From Penicillus capitatus (lineage: Eukaryota; Plantae; Chlorophyta): a stretch of 64,000 bases of DNA. The position numbers were made by a program, and so were the translations under genes. The notes under the pieces were generated by a model. That model worked only from the letters and a program-made list of their open reading frames with translations. It did no database searches and was not told the origin of the DNA. Shown piece after piece: positions 1 to 12,991 of this stretch (its first letter is position 1; each line of letters begins with the position of its first letter). Where the stretch lies: positions 697,949 to 761,948 of the forward strand of contig OZ287698.1 in NCBI GenBank assembly GCA_965649825.1, written 5' to 3'.

Positions 1-32
1 ACATGGACGGCTTTTCTAACGGTGCCTCTTAG

Positions 33-2635
33 GCGGCGGTGCATTGCCTCCCGGTTGCTGGGAAGAAGTCCTGAAAGGACTCAAGACGATTGAAGAGGCG
101 CGCAGTGCCAACTTCGGTGACGAATCGAACCCACTTCTCGTCTCAGCCCGTTCGGGTGCTCCCGTAAAAATCCACACATCCACTCAGAGTACTTGATATG
201 ACACTTTTGGCTGGTATGGCGCAGGTATCGATGCCAGGAATGATGGACACTGTGCTGAATGTCGGATGCAATGATGTCATTGTCGAAGCGATCGCTCAAA
301 AAACGACGATGCGTTTTGCATACGACTGTTATCGCCGTCTGCTCTCGATGTTCGGCGACGTTGTGCTGGGACTGCCACATGCGGATTTTGAGCACGCGCT
401 ATCGGAGAAAAAGAAGAACAAGAACGTCAAATTTGATGTGGAGCTGACAGGAGACGATCTAAAAGATCTCGTCGCAGAATACAAAGAAATCTACACCAAA
501 CATGGACAAGAATTGCCACAAGACCCCATTGAACAACTCAGAATGTGTATCGATGCTGTTTTCAAGTTGAATCTTTATGGAGTCTCACTCTTTTGTTACT
601 CACTCTTTATAGATCGTGGAACACAGAACGTGCCGTAAAGTACCGTGAGATCAACAACATTACGGGGCTGAAAGGCACGGCGGTGAACATTCAGTCCATG
701 GTCTATGGAAACTACAATGACGATTCTGGCACGGGTGTGTGTTTCACACGGAATCCTGCCACAGGAGACAAGATCTTCTTCGGAGAGTATCTCATGAATG
801 CGCAGGGAGAGGATGTCGTGGCCGGCATCCGTACACCAATCCCCATTTCTGAACTGGAGAAGAGTTACCCTGAAGTCTATGCAGAGCTCGTGCACACCAA
901 GGATTTGCTGGAGAAGTACATGAAGAACATGCAGGACATCGAATTCACCGTGCAGGACAAAGAACTCTTCATGCTGCAAACGCGAGATGGCAAGCGTACA
1001 GGAGCAGCTGCTTTGAAGATCGCCGTCGATCTGGTGGAGGAAGAAATCATCGATGACACAAAGGCAGTGCTCATGGTGGAGCCTGGACACCTCGATCAGC
1101 TGTTGCACCCTCAATTCGAAGATCCCAAGGCATACAAGCCCTCTGTCTTTGCAGAAGGATTAGCTGCCTCTCCTGGAGCTGCCGTGGGTCAGGTGGTGTT
1201 TACAGCTCATGAAGCTGAGGAATGGAAGGCAGATGGGAAACACGTGATCTTGGTGAGAGTGGAGACGAGTCCAGAAGACGTGGGTGGCATGCATGCTGCC
1301 GAAGGGATCTTGACAGCCAGAGGAGGCATGACCTCCCATGCCGCTGTCGTGGCTCGTGGATGGGGAAAGCCGTGTGTCTGCGGATGCGAGGCACTTCAAG
1401 TGGATGTGGGTAACAAAGCCGTCACTGTCATTGCAGATGGCAAGACCGTTGAGATCAAAGAAGGGGAATGGATTAGTCTGAACGGATCGACAGGAGAAGT
1501 TATTCTTGGCAAACAGGCCCTGAAGAAACCAGAGCTATCCGGCAATTTGGCACATTTCATGGTATGGGTGGACAAGTATCGTAAACTGGGAGTCCTGACC
1601 AATGCAGATACACCCGAAGATGCAACTGTGGCACGCGAGAACGGTGCAGAAGGGATTGGACTGACACGCACAGAACACATGTTTTTCTGCACAGCAGAGC
1701 GCATAGCAGCCGTGCGTCGTATGATTGCTGCGGTCGAAATGGATGCACCAGGCCGAGCTGAGACACTCGATCAGCTAAAGAATTTTCAGCGTGAAGATTT
1801 TGAAGGGATCTTTACAGCAATGGACACACTCCCAGTTACTGTTCGTCTGTTGGACCCTCCCCTTCACGAATTTTTGCCACAAGAGGGCCCAGCTCTTGAG
1901 AAGCTCGTCGAGCAGCTCTCCGCGGAACTCAGCATTTCGTCAGAGCTCGTCAAATCCAGAATTGCTGGAATGCATGAGTGCAACCCGATGATGGGTTTCA
2001 GAGGGTGTCGTCTGGGAATTGTCCATCCAGACATTACAGCTATGCAAGTCGCTGCCGTTCTAGAGGCAGCAGTGAACGTTGCCAACAAAGGCCTACAACC
2101 GCATCCTCATATCATGGTCCCTCTGGTCGGCAGTTTGACAGAACTGGAACAACAGACCAAGTTGATTCACCAGGTGGCCAAAGAGGTCTTTGAAAAGGCA
2201 GGCACAAAAGTGGACTATAAGGTGGGAACCATGATCGAAGTGCCGAGAGGGGCCTTGCAGGCAGGCAAACTGGCAGCCATTGCCGATTTCTTCTCCTTCG
2301 GTACAAACGATTTGACGCAAATGACATTTGGTTTCAGTCGCGACGACGCAGAGACGAAGTTTTTGCCAAAGTATGTGAAGGATGACATTCTCCCTGCGCA
2401 TCCTTTCAAAGAGATCGATCGAGAGGGGGTCGGAGAGCTCATTAAGTTAGCCGTGGAACGCGGCCGTGCAACGAAGCCCGATATTGAATTGGGAATCTGT
2501 GGAGAGCATGGAGGCGATCCTGCCTCTGTCGCCTTTTTCCACGAAGTGGGACTCGCTTATGTCTCCTGCTCGCCTCTACGTGTGCCCATTGCACGCTTAG
2601 CGGCAGCCCAGGCAGCCATTAAGCATCCTAAGTAA
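33..2635 (+). CDS. PPDK: Pyruvate, phosphate dikinase (5'-partial; introns ~164-224 and ~565-611)
   Basis: Spliced frame gives SARSGAP|[12 protein letters not shown], phospho-His motif [13 protein letters not shown], and C-terminal [10 protein letters not shown]...[18 protein letters not shown]; stop TAA at 2633-2635. The gene start lies upstream of the window. Confidence 0.97.
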
Positions 2636-2836
2636 TATCACTAACCAGTTTTGGTCAGATTTTGGAACCGTGCCGTTTGATTTTGTTAATGGACGAAACT
2701 CATCAGAGATGATATGCCGATCGGATGGATATTCATGGATGATGCCTGAAGATTCTTAGTAGACGTCTATTGAGTTTCAGAGAATTGTTATTGATTGGAA
2801 CTTTATTCTCTTAGCGTGTGCCCATCGTCGCTCTAT

Positions 2837-5800
2837 CTAACCATGCATGCCACAAAACAGGGCAACCATACAGCTGGTTGCTTCAACAAGGACTGCAACA
2901 GGTTCCCAACATCTCTTGAGCTCTGATTGAATTCGGGAAACGCGCGAGGAGAGTGGCGGCGATGCGATGATGCGCTCCATGTTGTGCTGCAGGGCCAACT
3001 TCAACAAGACCTAACCGTAGACGCATGTCCATTGGGTGTTTGCTTAAAAGATGCGGCACCTGACTCAATTCCACGTTCTCTTTGGCTTTGAGAAGGTCTT
3101 CGACATATTGCAGGAAGCTGAGAAGAAGCTGGTCGTCATCTTGAATGCTCTGGTCTGGATCGTGTCTGGGATGAGCATCCCGACTGATGGAGAGCAGCTC
3201 CTGTTCGATGTAGACCGGCGACTGTTTCTTGAGAAATGCTGAGAAATGCAGGCGATCTCGATCCTCCTCGAATCTCTAGACCCACTGCCGATGCACTGGA
3301 TGATGACATAGGCAGAAAGGACGAACCTTGAGATGCTCAATAAATTCAGAGGCCTTCGCTGTCTCCCGCCTCTGTCTCTTTGGTGGAGGTTCCGTCAAAC
3401 GTGGATCTTTCAGTCCATCCGGATTCTCACGGGTCGTTGTGCCGACGAGAGGCGGGAGAAAGAACGGAGCTGCCGCTGTGTCTTGTTGCGGTTTGAGTGC
3501 CTCGTATCTCTCTTTCAACGTGCTTCCATACGAACAATTCCATTCACTCACAGGCATCATTGCCATGCGAACCAACGGCCTCCTCGCTTTCTGTTCTGGC
3601 AATGCACTGAGCGGCACAATGGTGTCCCGAGATGAGGCATCCCCTCCAAAGATCCATCGATTTGACCAGAGCGAGACTCCTGGACGATTAACATGTGCTG
3701 TTGCTAAGAGCTCCATAGATGGCGACAGACTGAACGAAACGACTGGATGCTTAAAGGACAGCACCTAGGACAACATCTCCTCCGTGAACGACGAGCCCTC
3801 TGCCCTGCACAGCCCTTACATGTAACATGTGAGCCGACGGAATGTCATAGACTCTCAAAGAGCAGTCCATCGAAGCAGCCAAAAGCCACCGACCATCCGA
3901 GCTCATCTGAAGGTTCGTGATGCGATTAGTGTGTCCTTTAAAAGTCCGAACACGTCTCTGTGCATCACAGTCCATCACGTGGATCAGCAAATCATCTGTT
4001 GCCAGAGCACAGAGGGCATTGCCACGATGCAGATCGAGCGCATGGATAGGTGTCTTTAGTGAGATCTCATAATCCAGTTCTCCACTCTTAAACCGCCACA
4101 CCCTGAGACAGCCATCGCCGCCGGCACTGATGACCTTCCGATTAAACCGATCCGTATAACATCCAATGACATGTCTATCATGCGCCGCACGGGATGCACG
4201 TCTGTACTCGCCTCTGTGCAAACCCGACTGGACATTGAATCGATGTAGACTGCCACATTGATATCCGATTACACCGAAGTTGCCGCACGGGCTCAATGCC
4301 ACCGCTGTGGGTTGAAGACTCGCGGTTTGACGACTGGTCAGTGTAGGTGGCTGAAAAGACGTCTTTTCGATAGAGTACTGACGGAGACTCCACAGACAGG
4401 CACTTCTCTCTCCTCGATGCACAGACAAGACATGTCCCCAGTCTCGTTCGCGCGCCTGCAGCAAACCTCTCAGAGAAGATGATGTGACTGGCCCTGTCTG
4501 ATGGCTTAACAGAGCAGGCATCTAGGGCCAAAGGTCTGGCAGATGTCTCCATGGATTTTTTGGCTGCGACGAGTGGCATGCGACGTTTCTTCGTCGAGAA
4601 TTCTCTGTTCTGTTGATCTTGGATCGTCGACAGGCACCACAATGCTCCCTGTTTATCGCACATTAACAGCTTGAAGCCCTAGGAATACAAAATCCACTAT
4701 CGTTCTGCTTTTTTCTTGATCACAGCAGAAGAGCGACATCGTAGAAAGTCAGATAGAAAGGGGAGCTTCGTGGGCCGACTCTTTGTCGAACGATGCTGAG
4801 TTGCTTCGATGACAGATCCAATGTCCACTGCTTCAATGAGTTGTCCTCTGAGGAGCTGATCAGAATGGAAGATCCAGGAAAGAAAAACAGCGAAACCTGA
4901 TGCAGAGACACAAAAATCCTACTTTCTATTTCATGGCACGGATGCATTCACTAACCACTCGAGCACGATGTGCATCTTGCTTCATCAAAAACAGTTGTTT
5001 CTCTTTCAGATCCCAGATAAAAATTTCGCCCTCCATTCCGCCACTGGCCATTATAGGAATGCTGAGACCTATGCAGGACCGAAAAATCAGGATGGAGTGG
5101 CACTGAGTGATACCGTCACTCTACCAGATGCAAAAGCCAGAGCGGTGCAGGGAGAGGTGAGAGACATCTGAATGCCCTTTGCATGTTCAAACCGATGCAC
5201 CACAGCATTGAATCTCACATTGAACACAACCACTGCCCTGCAGTCACTCTTCGTCGATATACTACTCAGACGTCGTTCATCGCACCCGTCCATCAATCCA
5301 ACAGCAACAACGTCCAAGGCCGGGGCTGCTTCCATGGAGAGGACTTTCGATTTCCATCCATCGAAGGTGTAGAGCTTTTTCTGTCGTTGGAAATTCCACA
5401 GCTGCAGAGAGCCGTCTGCTCCTCCGATCAAGATCTTGTTGACATAGGTCGAGGGATGGACCATGCACGTGGCCTCGAATCCCTCCCCCAACGCAAACAT
5501 CACCTAATCATTTTTTCTCACACATATCTCACACAAGAACGGTGGGTGTTTGACATGTGGCTCTTTGGGTTGATGGGTATTCCATATACACATGAAACTG
5601 TCGGACAACAGAGATGCCAAAAGGTCGCCGATTTTGAGCATCTGCTTTACGGTGTGCCCAGATAGATCCAGAAAACCGATCCTGTATTCGCGTCAACAAG
5701 GATCTCCTGGATAAAGGGAGCACCATACCGATTGACACGGCGACAGATCTCAATTCCGTTCTTTACGGCGGCGAATGTGAGATTTCCAGAACAGGCGAGC

Positions 5801-6022
5801 GATGTAATGCGTCGATCAAACTGTGGGAATCGCGATTCAGTAGGGAGAGGGAGAGGGTCTGCCAACTTGAGGTCCGATCATAACGAGACGTAGGTGGTCG
5901 GTGTCGTATGCCTGCCATCCCCGACCCACACTGGTGACAATGAGCCGCTGCGTCGCACTGTGAAGAATGGCGAATGGCACATCGTCTGTGATGCGGCCTA
6001 ACTGACGAAAGCTATCGAACAT
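2837..6022 (-). CDS. UTP21: WD40 U3 snoRNP/SSU processome protein WDR36/Utp21, multi-exon
   Basis: N-terminal FDSFRQLGRITDDVPF, HPSTYVNKILIG, WD repeats (FKGHTNRITNLQMSSDGRWLLAASMD), and Utp21 C-terminal AAPFFLP; exons spread over ORFs 5837..6022, 5087..5503, 3751..4521, 3276..3764 and 3065..3340. Confidence 0.92.
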
Positions 6023-6076
6023 GGCACAACGCCACAGGCCGACACGATAATGATGTGACAGGCAGGCAAGAAAGTA

Positions 6077-8615
6077 TTACACATGAGGATGCGATTCGAC
6101 ACCGACGATCGATTTGCCCCGCCGCCGAACGCGTTTGGTCGATCGGGGAGCATCGAACAGTTTTCGAGCATTGCGATCGAAAGTGTGTCGCCATTTTTCC
6201 TGAACGGCATGAAAGAAGAGGCAGGGTTCTGTCGCCAACACGGTCTCGACGTCCAATCCAGCAAAGGTCCACTGGTGATCGGTGAGATACTCCACCATCT
6301 GATCCCACAATACTCGGATGAGAAAAATTTCCGGAGCGGCGAGGATGCTACGGAAGGCCTCGTGTTTCATCTTTTGCATCTCATCGGGCCGCACGTGGGC
6401 CAAGAGTGGATGATGAATGTGTGACATGAGGGAGACAAACTGTTCCCATGCGCCGAGATGCTCGACACAAAGTGTGAGAAACTGTGCGAGGAGAAAGGGA
6501 TCGAGCTTCGAGACATCATCCCCTTCAAAGAACTCCATATCCGAGAGCTTCTCTAGGAAGTTCAGGATTTCGTGCGAATGGAGATCTGATCGCCCTTTCG
6601 TTCGTTGGAAGGTTTGGATCAGAAGGGAGAAAGGGAGATCTGCTCTTCTGAACTGCCTGTTGCGTAAATCGATCCGTCGTACTTTGAAGCATCGAGCAAC
6701 GGTGACGGCATCACTCAAAGTGTCTTTCTCCAGCAGCAGCTGAGGCATGGACTGCAGATTGATGAAGATAGAGGAGGCCGAGGGACCGAAAAGAAGGGAG
6801 AATTGCTCGGCCAATGTGGCGAGATCGGCATCTGGCATTGTCAAGATCTCCGTAAGCTTTGTCGCAGGGAAGATGCACAAGAGGGAGACGATTTCCACAG
6901 GAAAGGCGATGTGACGTTCACATTGCCGCACACCATTGGCTTTCTCTTTGATAAGATCACGTATCTTATCTTCTGTCCATCCATGCGAATCCCGAAGGTC
7001 AAGAACCACAGCGTCCAGCTTCTGAGCAGCTTCCACCAATTCTGCAGGTTTGGATGAGGAGAGAACGGATGCGATTTCATCTGGGGTCAGCGCTGCCGCA
7101 ATAACCGGCCAGACACGATCCCACATCTCAAGACAGGATGCAGGGTTCAGGACAACGCAGGGATCCATGTTGATCCAATCTACAAAGCGGATCACTCCCT
7201 GTGCATCGAATCTGGCAAAGTTCTCTTGGAGGCGATCCAGATGTCCCTTCAGATCGTCTGGTTCGATGTCATACGTCAGCAACGCGGGAATGCTCGCTGC
7301 CACTTCTTGGCAACTGGAGGACCATCTCTGCCATCTCTGCACGATGTCCTCACACTTTTGCAGCATGTCAGGAAATGGTGCATGCATCCACTCCCCTTCA
7401 TCATCTTCTTTTTGCAGATACTCTTCCAAGCTTCGCATGAATGGCCTGGGCAACGCGGCATGCAGTTTCTGGGTGCGTTCCATAAAGGCATCAATCGAAT
7501 CGGAGGTCGACTTCCAGACACTGTGCAGAACGCGGCACATGAGCAGGGCATCTTTCCAATTGTATCCAGCAGAACTGAAGATTGGCAGCCATGACTGAAA
7601 TCTCTGAAAAACGGGTTCTGCTTCATGTAGCAGGAGATGTGGATGTCGACCCATTTCATTCAGCAATTTGATTCCTCTGAAGGGCGCCCACAGAATCCGT
7701 CTCAATTCCACAAACCGCGTCATCGTTTCTTTCTTGTACAGCAACAACTCGACCAAAACGAAAGAGCTGTCGATAGAATGCAGATTACTGGCTGCATCGG
7801 GATAGAACACGGCTATTTCTTTCAAGACCTCCACAAAATATGCCTCTGTCCATGCCAATGACTCATGGAGTTTCTCAAAAGCTTCCAGAAGCAAAAACGA
7901 ACTCCTCTGTATCCGTGTCAAATCCATTCCGTGCACAAAGTAACGTTGATGTTGGATGAAATGTTTATCCAGTACTGTCAGATATGCCATGCCTTTGGCG
8001 AGTCTCTCTGCCTCCTCTTTCTCAACGAGCCGACCGACCAGATCCGACGGCGACATGACTGGCTCCCGAGTGAACACATATCCACGTCCCATCAGTTCAT
8101 GATTGCAAAGGGGACGGTCCATCAGAAGGGACAGGACATCAAACTGACGCAAGATTTTGCTGGGATGATGCAGCAGCATCTCGTTCAGACGATAGGCCAA
8201 AAGAACATCCCTGCACGTCAGATAATCGACAAAATGATTGACGTCTTCCCACAGCATGCCTTCCGCCGTCATCGGTGGCCGATCTGATCGCACACAATAC
8301 AGGACATGACGGAAGGGACGTCACCGAGAGATGGGGTGCTTGCTTGCCTGGATCGAGCTCCTCCCAACGTGGGGCTCTGAGAAGAAAGGGCGAACGGGAT
8401 TGCAGATATCCACTATCTGAGACAAAACGGTCCCGTAAAAGACGTTGTGCCGATCCTCGCGATTGCTCTTCGATTGTCTCGGCATCTTCTTCGATGCGGT
8501 CGATTCGTAAAGGCGCTGGGCTGTAGGGCAATGGATCATCGCGTTCGATTTCGATTCCTGGGAAAACGGTCGACGACGAAGCCGCGACCCATCGACGCGA
8601 TGCACGTACCAACAT
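6077..8615 (-). CDS. Hypothetical alpha-helical, probably organelle-targeted protein (~825 aa), one GC-AG intron 8284-8347
   Basis: 738-aa ORF 6077..8293 joins in frame to ORF 8139..8615 via CAG|GCAAGC...CAG. N-terminus MLVRASRRWVAASSS looks like a presequence. Leu-rich helical composition is weakly mTERF-like, but the family was not recognised. Confidence 0.65.
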
Positions 8616-8679
8616 TCCGCAGAGGGTCGTTTGCTATCGTGTCGATTTGAAGAACGTCCGTCGTCCTTCATTCATCATC

Positions 8680-11319
8680 ATGGCACCCCGTCTCTGCACC
8701 GTCGCGACCTGCAACTTAAATCAATGGAGTCTTGACTTTGCTGGCAACCTCAAACGCATCAAGCGTTCGATAGACGAGGCACGCAAGCTCAAAGCGGCAT
8801 TCAGGGTCTGCATGAACGCACAGGGGCTAAGTCGAGTGGCGGCGTTGAAGTAGGTGGGGCCCGAGCTCGAAGTGACAGGATTTGGTTGCGAGGATCACTT
8901 TATGGAGAGAGATACGGTGCAGCATTCGTGGGAATGCCTGAAGGATTTGATAGAGAATGGTTACACAGACGACATCGTCTGCGATATCGGCATGCCTGTA
9001 TACTACAGAGGTCCAATGCTCTCTTGCCTTCCTTCCCAGAGACACACAAATGAAAGGGCGTGATATAGAATCTCTGTTCAATTGCCGAGTACTGGTCTTG
9101 AATCGCAAAGTCCTGCTGATTCGTCCCAAAATCTCGTTATGCAATGATGGCAACTACAGAGAGAAGAGGCACGAGCTGTCACATCATGAGAGAAATCGAC
9201 TGATTGGGTTTTGCTTTAGGTATTACACTGCGTGGAAAGCGGGTCAGCTGATTCACGACTATCGTCTGCCGTCCTTGCTTGACGATGTCTGCACATCGGT
9301 CTTCTGTCCATTCGGTAAAGAGAACGTCTCGTCAGAGAGAAAGGAAGCTAACGGGAAGCCGATGGTTGCAGGCGAAGCTGTGCTGTGTTTCAAAGACAGC
9401 ACTGTGGGCTGCGAAATATGTGAAGAGCTGTTCACACCTGAAGCCCGTATCTATCAGTTGCGATTGATGGGAGTGGATTTGATCAGCAATGGAAGTGGCA
9501 GTCTACACGAAGTTCGAAAAATCGACATGAGGCTTGAGCACATCTTGCATGCCACAAAACGCGTAATCCTCTTCCTTGATGCCCCACGGTGGACGATCTC
9601 ATTCCATCTGTCATGTCAGTGGGGTGGTGTCTATCTCTATGCCAATCAGAAAGGATGTGATGGTGGTGATCTCTACTACGATGGTAGCGCCTGCATCGTT
9701 AAGAACGGAAAGATGGTTGCCCAGTGCAGTCAGTTTGGAATGGATGACGTGGAGGTCATCGCGGCAACAGTAGATCTCGAAGATGCCCACAAAACCACGT
9801 CCTCTTTCCGAGACATATCGGCAGCGGCACCAGCCATCGAGCGCATCCATGTGGATCACTCTCTCTGCGCATCCCGTCCACTCACACTCCAGACATCGCC
9901 CGAATTTGAGCCAAGGCGTGTCAGCTCTGAGGGGATGGGATATCAGATGATGGGTGGGTGGATGTAGATTGCACGATCCCGAGGAGGAGTTGGTGTTGGG
10001 TCCCGCCTGTTGGCTATGGGATTACCTTCGACGATCGGGTGCTGCTGGGTATCTGTTACCATTGTCAGGCGGGGCAGATAGCTCAGCCACTGCAGCCATC
10101 GTGGGAGCCATGTGCCAAGTAACACCGCCTATGTTTGCTGAGCACCTGTGACGATCGCATGGATGATGGAGTGAAGAAAGTGGTGAAGGAATGTGTGGAC
10201 GGCAACAAACATGTCGAGAACGATGCTAGGCGTATTGGGCGTTATCCTGAAGGTGCTTCCATCACCGATCCCAAAGAGTTTGCGCATCGCGTCTTCGCGA
10301 CCATCTACCAAGGAACGGAGAACAGCTCTCAGGAGACACGACAAAGGCAACGATGCTGATATACCTTCTGCCGATCTGGTGAACCGTTTCTCGTGACAGA
10401 GCTGCAGATCTGGCCAGAGAGATTGGCTGCTATCATGTCAACATCAACATCGATATTGCCGTGAGAGCAGTCGTGCAGATTTTTGCATTGTTTAGCGGAA
10501 AGGCGCCGCGATTTCAAGCCATGGGCGGTACCATGCGTGAGGATCTGGCCTTGCAGAACATTCAAGCGCGTCTGCGTATGGTAATCGGTTTCAGTTTCAG
10601 TCAACTGCTGCCGTGGTTCAGAGGCACGAATGGATTTCTCTTGGTCTTGGCCTCTGCCAATGCAGATGAGACACTGCGAGGCTACATGACGAAATACGAT
10701 TGCAGTAGCGCAGATCTCAACCCCATTGGATCCTTCAACAAAGCCGTCTGTCCCGATCCACATCTCTCTTCTGTCCAATACCGATGTGTGATCCGATCAG
10801 GATGTCTATCGTGTGCTGAAATGGAGTGTCACGCATTTGGCCTGTCCATCACTGACGGCCGTCCTATCCGCTGCGCCGACGGCAGAGCTGCGCCCTGTCG
10901 TGGAAGGTGTGCCAGAACAAGTGAGAAATCTCTCTCGCCCTATCTTGGACGCTACCATACAATGGATGCCCTTGCAGGTAGATGAGGATGAGATGAAGAT
11001 GACGTATTCTGAGTTGGAGGTCTATGGTCATCTACGTCGATCGCAGCGATGTGGCCCCGTGTCCATGTTCCAGAAGCTGTTAGGAGTGTGGTCGGATCGA
11101 TTGACGCCCGTCGAAATTGGCGAGAAAGTGAAGTCTTTCTTCACGTACTATGCCATTAACCGTCACAAGACCACCACGCTCACGCCTTCCTACCATGCCA
11201 CGGTTCATGCTGTGGACGATCGACGTTACGATCATCGTCCCTTTCTCTACAACACGGCATGGAGATGGCAGTTTCAACAGATCGATGATTTGGCACACAG
11301 TGCCGAAGTGGAGCCATGA
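8680..11319 (+). CDS. QNS1: Glutamine-dependent NAD+ synthetase (nitrilase + synthetase domains), multi-exon
   Basis: [90 protein letters not shown]. Confidence 0.96.
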
Positions 11320-11379
11320 AAGATGGGAGATTTATAATGTATCATCATCATTATCGACAACGACTGAATGTTAGAACGG

Positions 11380-12909
11380 TTAACCTTCTGTAAGCCCGGC
11401 CACTTTCAGCACATCCACGAATTGATCTTCGTCATCGTATGGCACGTTTGGAATCTCTCTCTGAAAGTACTGGGCGATCTTGTCGACGATACCGTTCTCG
11501 TCATCGCCACAGACGAGATTGAATGCACAGCCGTTTCGGCCAAAGCGCCCGCTGCGTCCAATTCTGTGGAGGTATGTCTCATAGGCCGGTTCCCACGTCT
11601 CGTGCTCAATCGGAACATCGTAGTTGACGACCAGCGTCACGTCTGAGACGTCAAATCCACGTGACAAGATATCCGTCGAGATCAGAATCCGTGTGACACT
11701 GTCTCTGAACTCCTGCACACACAAACTGTGGATGACCATCATCATCATCGTGAGGGCAAGTGTCCCATCAAACCTGGATAACTCGGTCTCGATCTTCGTA
11801 GTTCATTTCCCCACTGATGGCTGTGCATGTGTGCCCATCTCCCGTCAGTCTTCTGTGCAGGAGTCGGGCATAGCTGCGGGATCGAACGAAGATGATCGTC
11901 TGTCCCAGTTTCTCGCAGTTTGGGAAGACCATATTCGACAGAACTGTATATTTGGCGTCGTTGTACGGTACGACCACGCGGTACTGTTTGATAACATCCA
12001 GGCTCAACTCCTCCTTCGGCAGGAAGACGTGATTGGGATCCTGTCCTGTCAGCTTCAGTGAGAACTCTCGGACTCTGTCATTGTATGTCGCCGAAAAGAG
12101 CAAGACCTGCACTTCAGGAGAGGCCCGACGCGTATCCCTGACTAAACGAAAACTGTCATCCGCAAAACCCGATTGCTCCAACATGTTATCTGCTTCATCG
12201 AACACCAGAACCTAAACGCATCACGCTGATCTAAATGATCATTTGGAGATCGATGGAAACATGCCTTTATGTGCTGCAGTGTGACCTGCTGGCGACGGAC
12301 CCAGTTCTTTAGACGTCCATGTGTGGCAAAGAAGACCTGACTGCGACACTTTTCCATCCGTTCTAAATCATTTGCCGTGCTGTGGTATGTCAGCTTTGTG
12401 TATTTCCCCATTTTCTTCGCAACGGAGAGGTTTTGCAGAACGAGCTCTCGTGTGGGACAGACGCATATGGACTGGGTTTCTTGGAGACTGGTGTCGACCC
12501 TGGATAACATCGCCAGAACAAAACACGTCGTTTTGCCGCTTCCATTCTGAGCCTGGGCGACGAGATGCTTGTATGGAGGCTGCAGTATCATCGGCAGCGT
12601 TGTCGCCTGGATGTTGGAAGGTCGTTCGAAACTCATCTCAGAGTAGAGTCCTTGGAGAAGCTCCGCCGCCAAACCCAGGTCCTCAAACGTCTTGACAGAT
12701 TTGTACAACGTCGCGCCGTCGGTCTTGGTCTCGACAGCGGTCGACGTATCTCGCAACCCGCCGCTCTTGATAGTCGTATCGGGCTGGTCGACATCGTTCT
12801 GCACCGCCAGTGCGTTCATTGCATCTGCGGTGGCATCCGGCGTCGGTGCAGCGGTATCTGAGGCAACAGGAGGAAATCCTGGAGGTGGTACTCTAGAACT
12901 GTCTGCCAT
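11380..12909 (-). CDS. DBP5: DEAD-box mRNA-export helicase DBP5/DDX19
   Basis: AQAQNGSGKT (motif I), PTREL, FDEAD, LFSAT, YLHRIGRSGRFGR; N-terminal VKTFEDLGL...YSEMSFERPSNIQ typical of DBP5; ATG at 12909 (MADSSRVPP). Confidence 0.93.
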
Positions 12910-12924
12910 AACGCTAACAGAAGG

Positions 12925-12933
12925 GGCGCCAAA
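12925..12933 (-). promoter_or_regulatory. Possible E2F site (TTTGGCGCC) in the DBP5/FIGNL1 divergent spacer
   Basis: ggcgccaaa on the + strand; a weaker ggcgcgaa occurs at 43803-43810 upstream of SMC3. Short motif, so chance is not excluded. Confidence 0.3.
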
Positions 12934-12991
12934 CTGGGTGATGTGACGCGAAGATGCGTTCCGAGACGCCGTCGCTCTTGATGATGTCAGA

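Noticed and set aside
596-2442. Antisense and alternate-frame ORFs over PPDK and other genes (for example 13693..14319, 20209..20922, 33087..33614, 62187..62756)
   Set aside because: Shadow ORFs of real coding sequence with no independent motifs.
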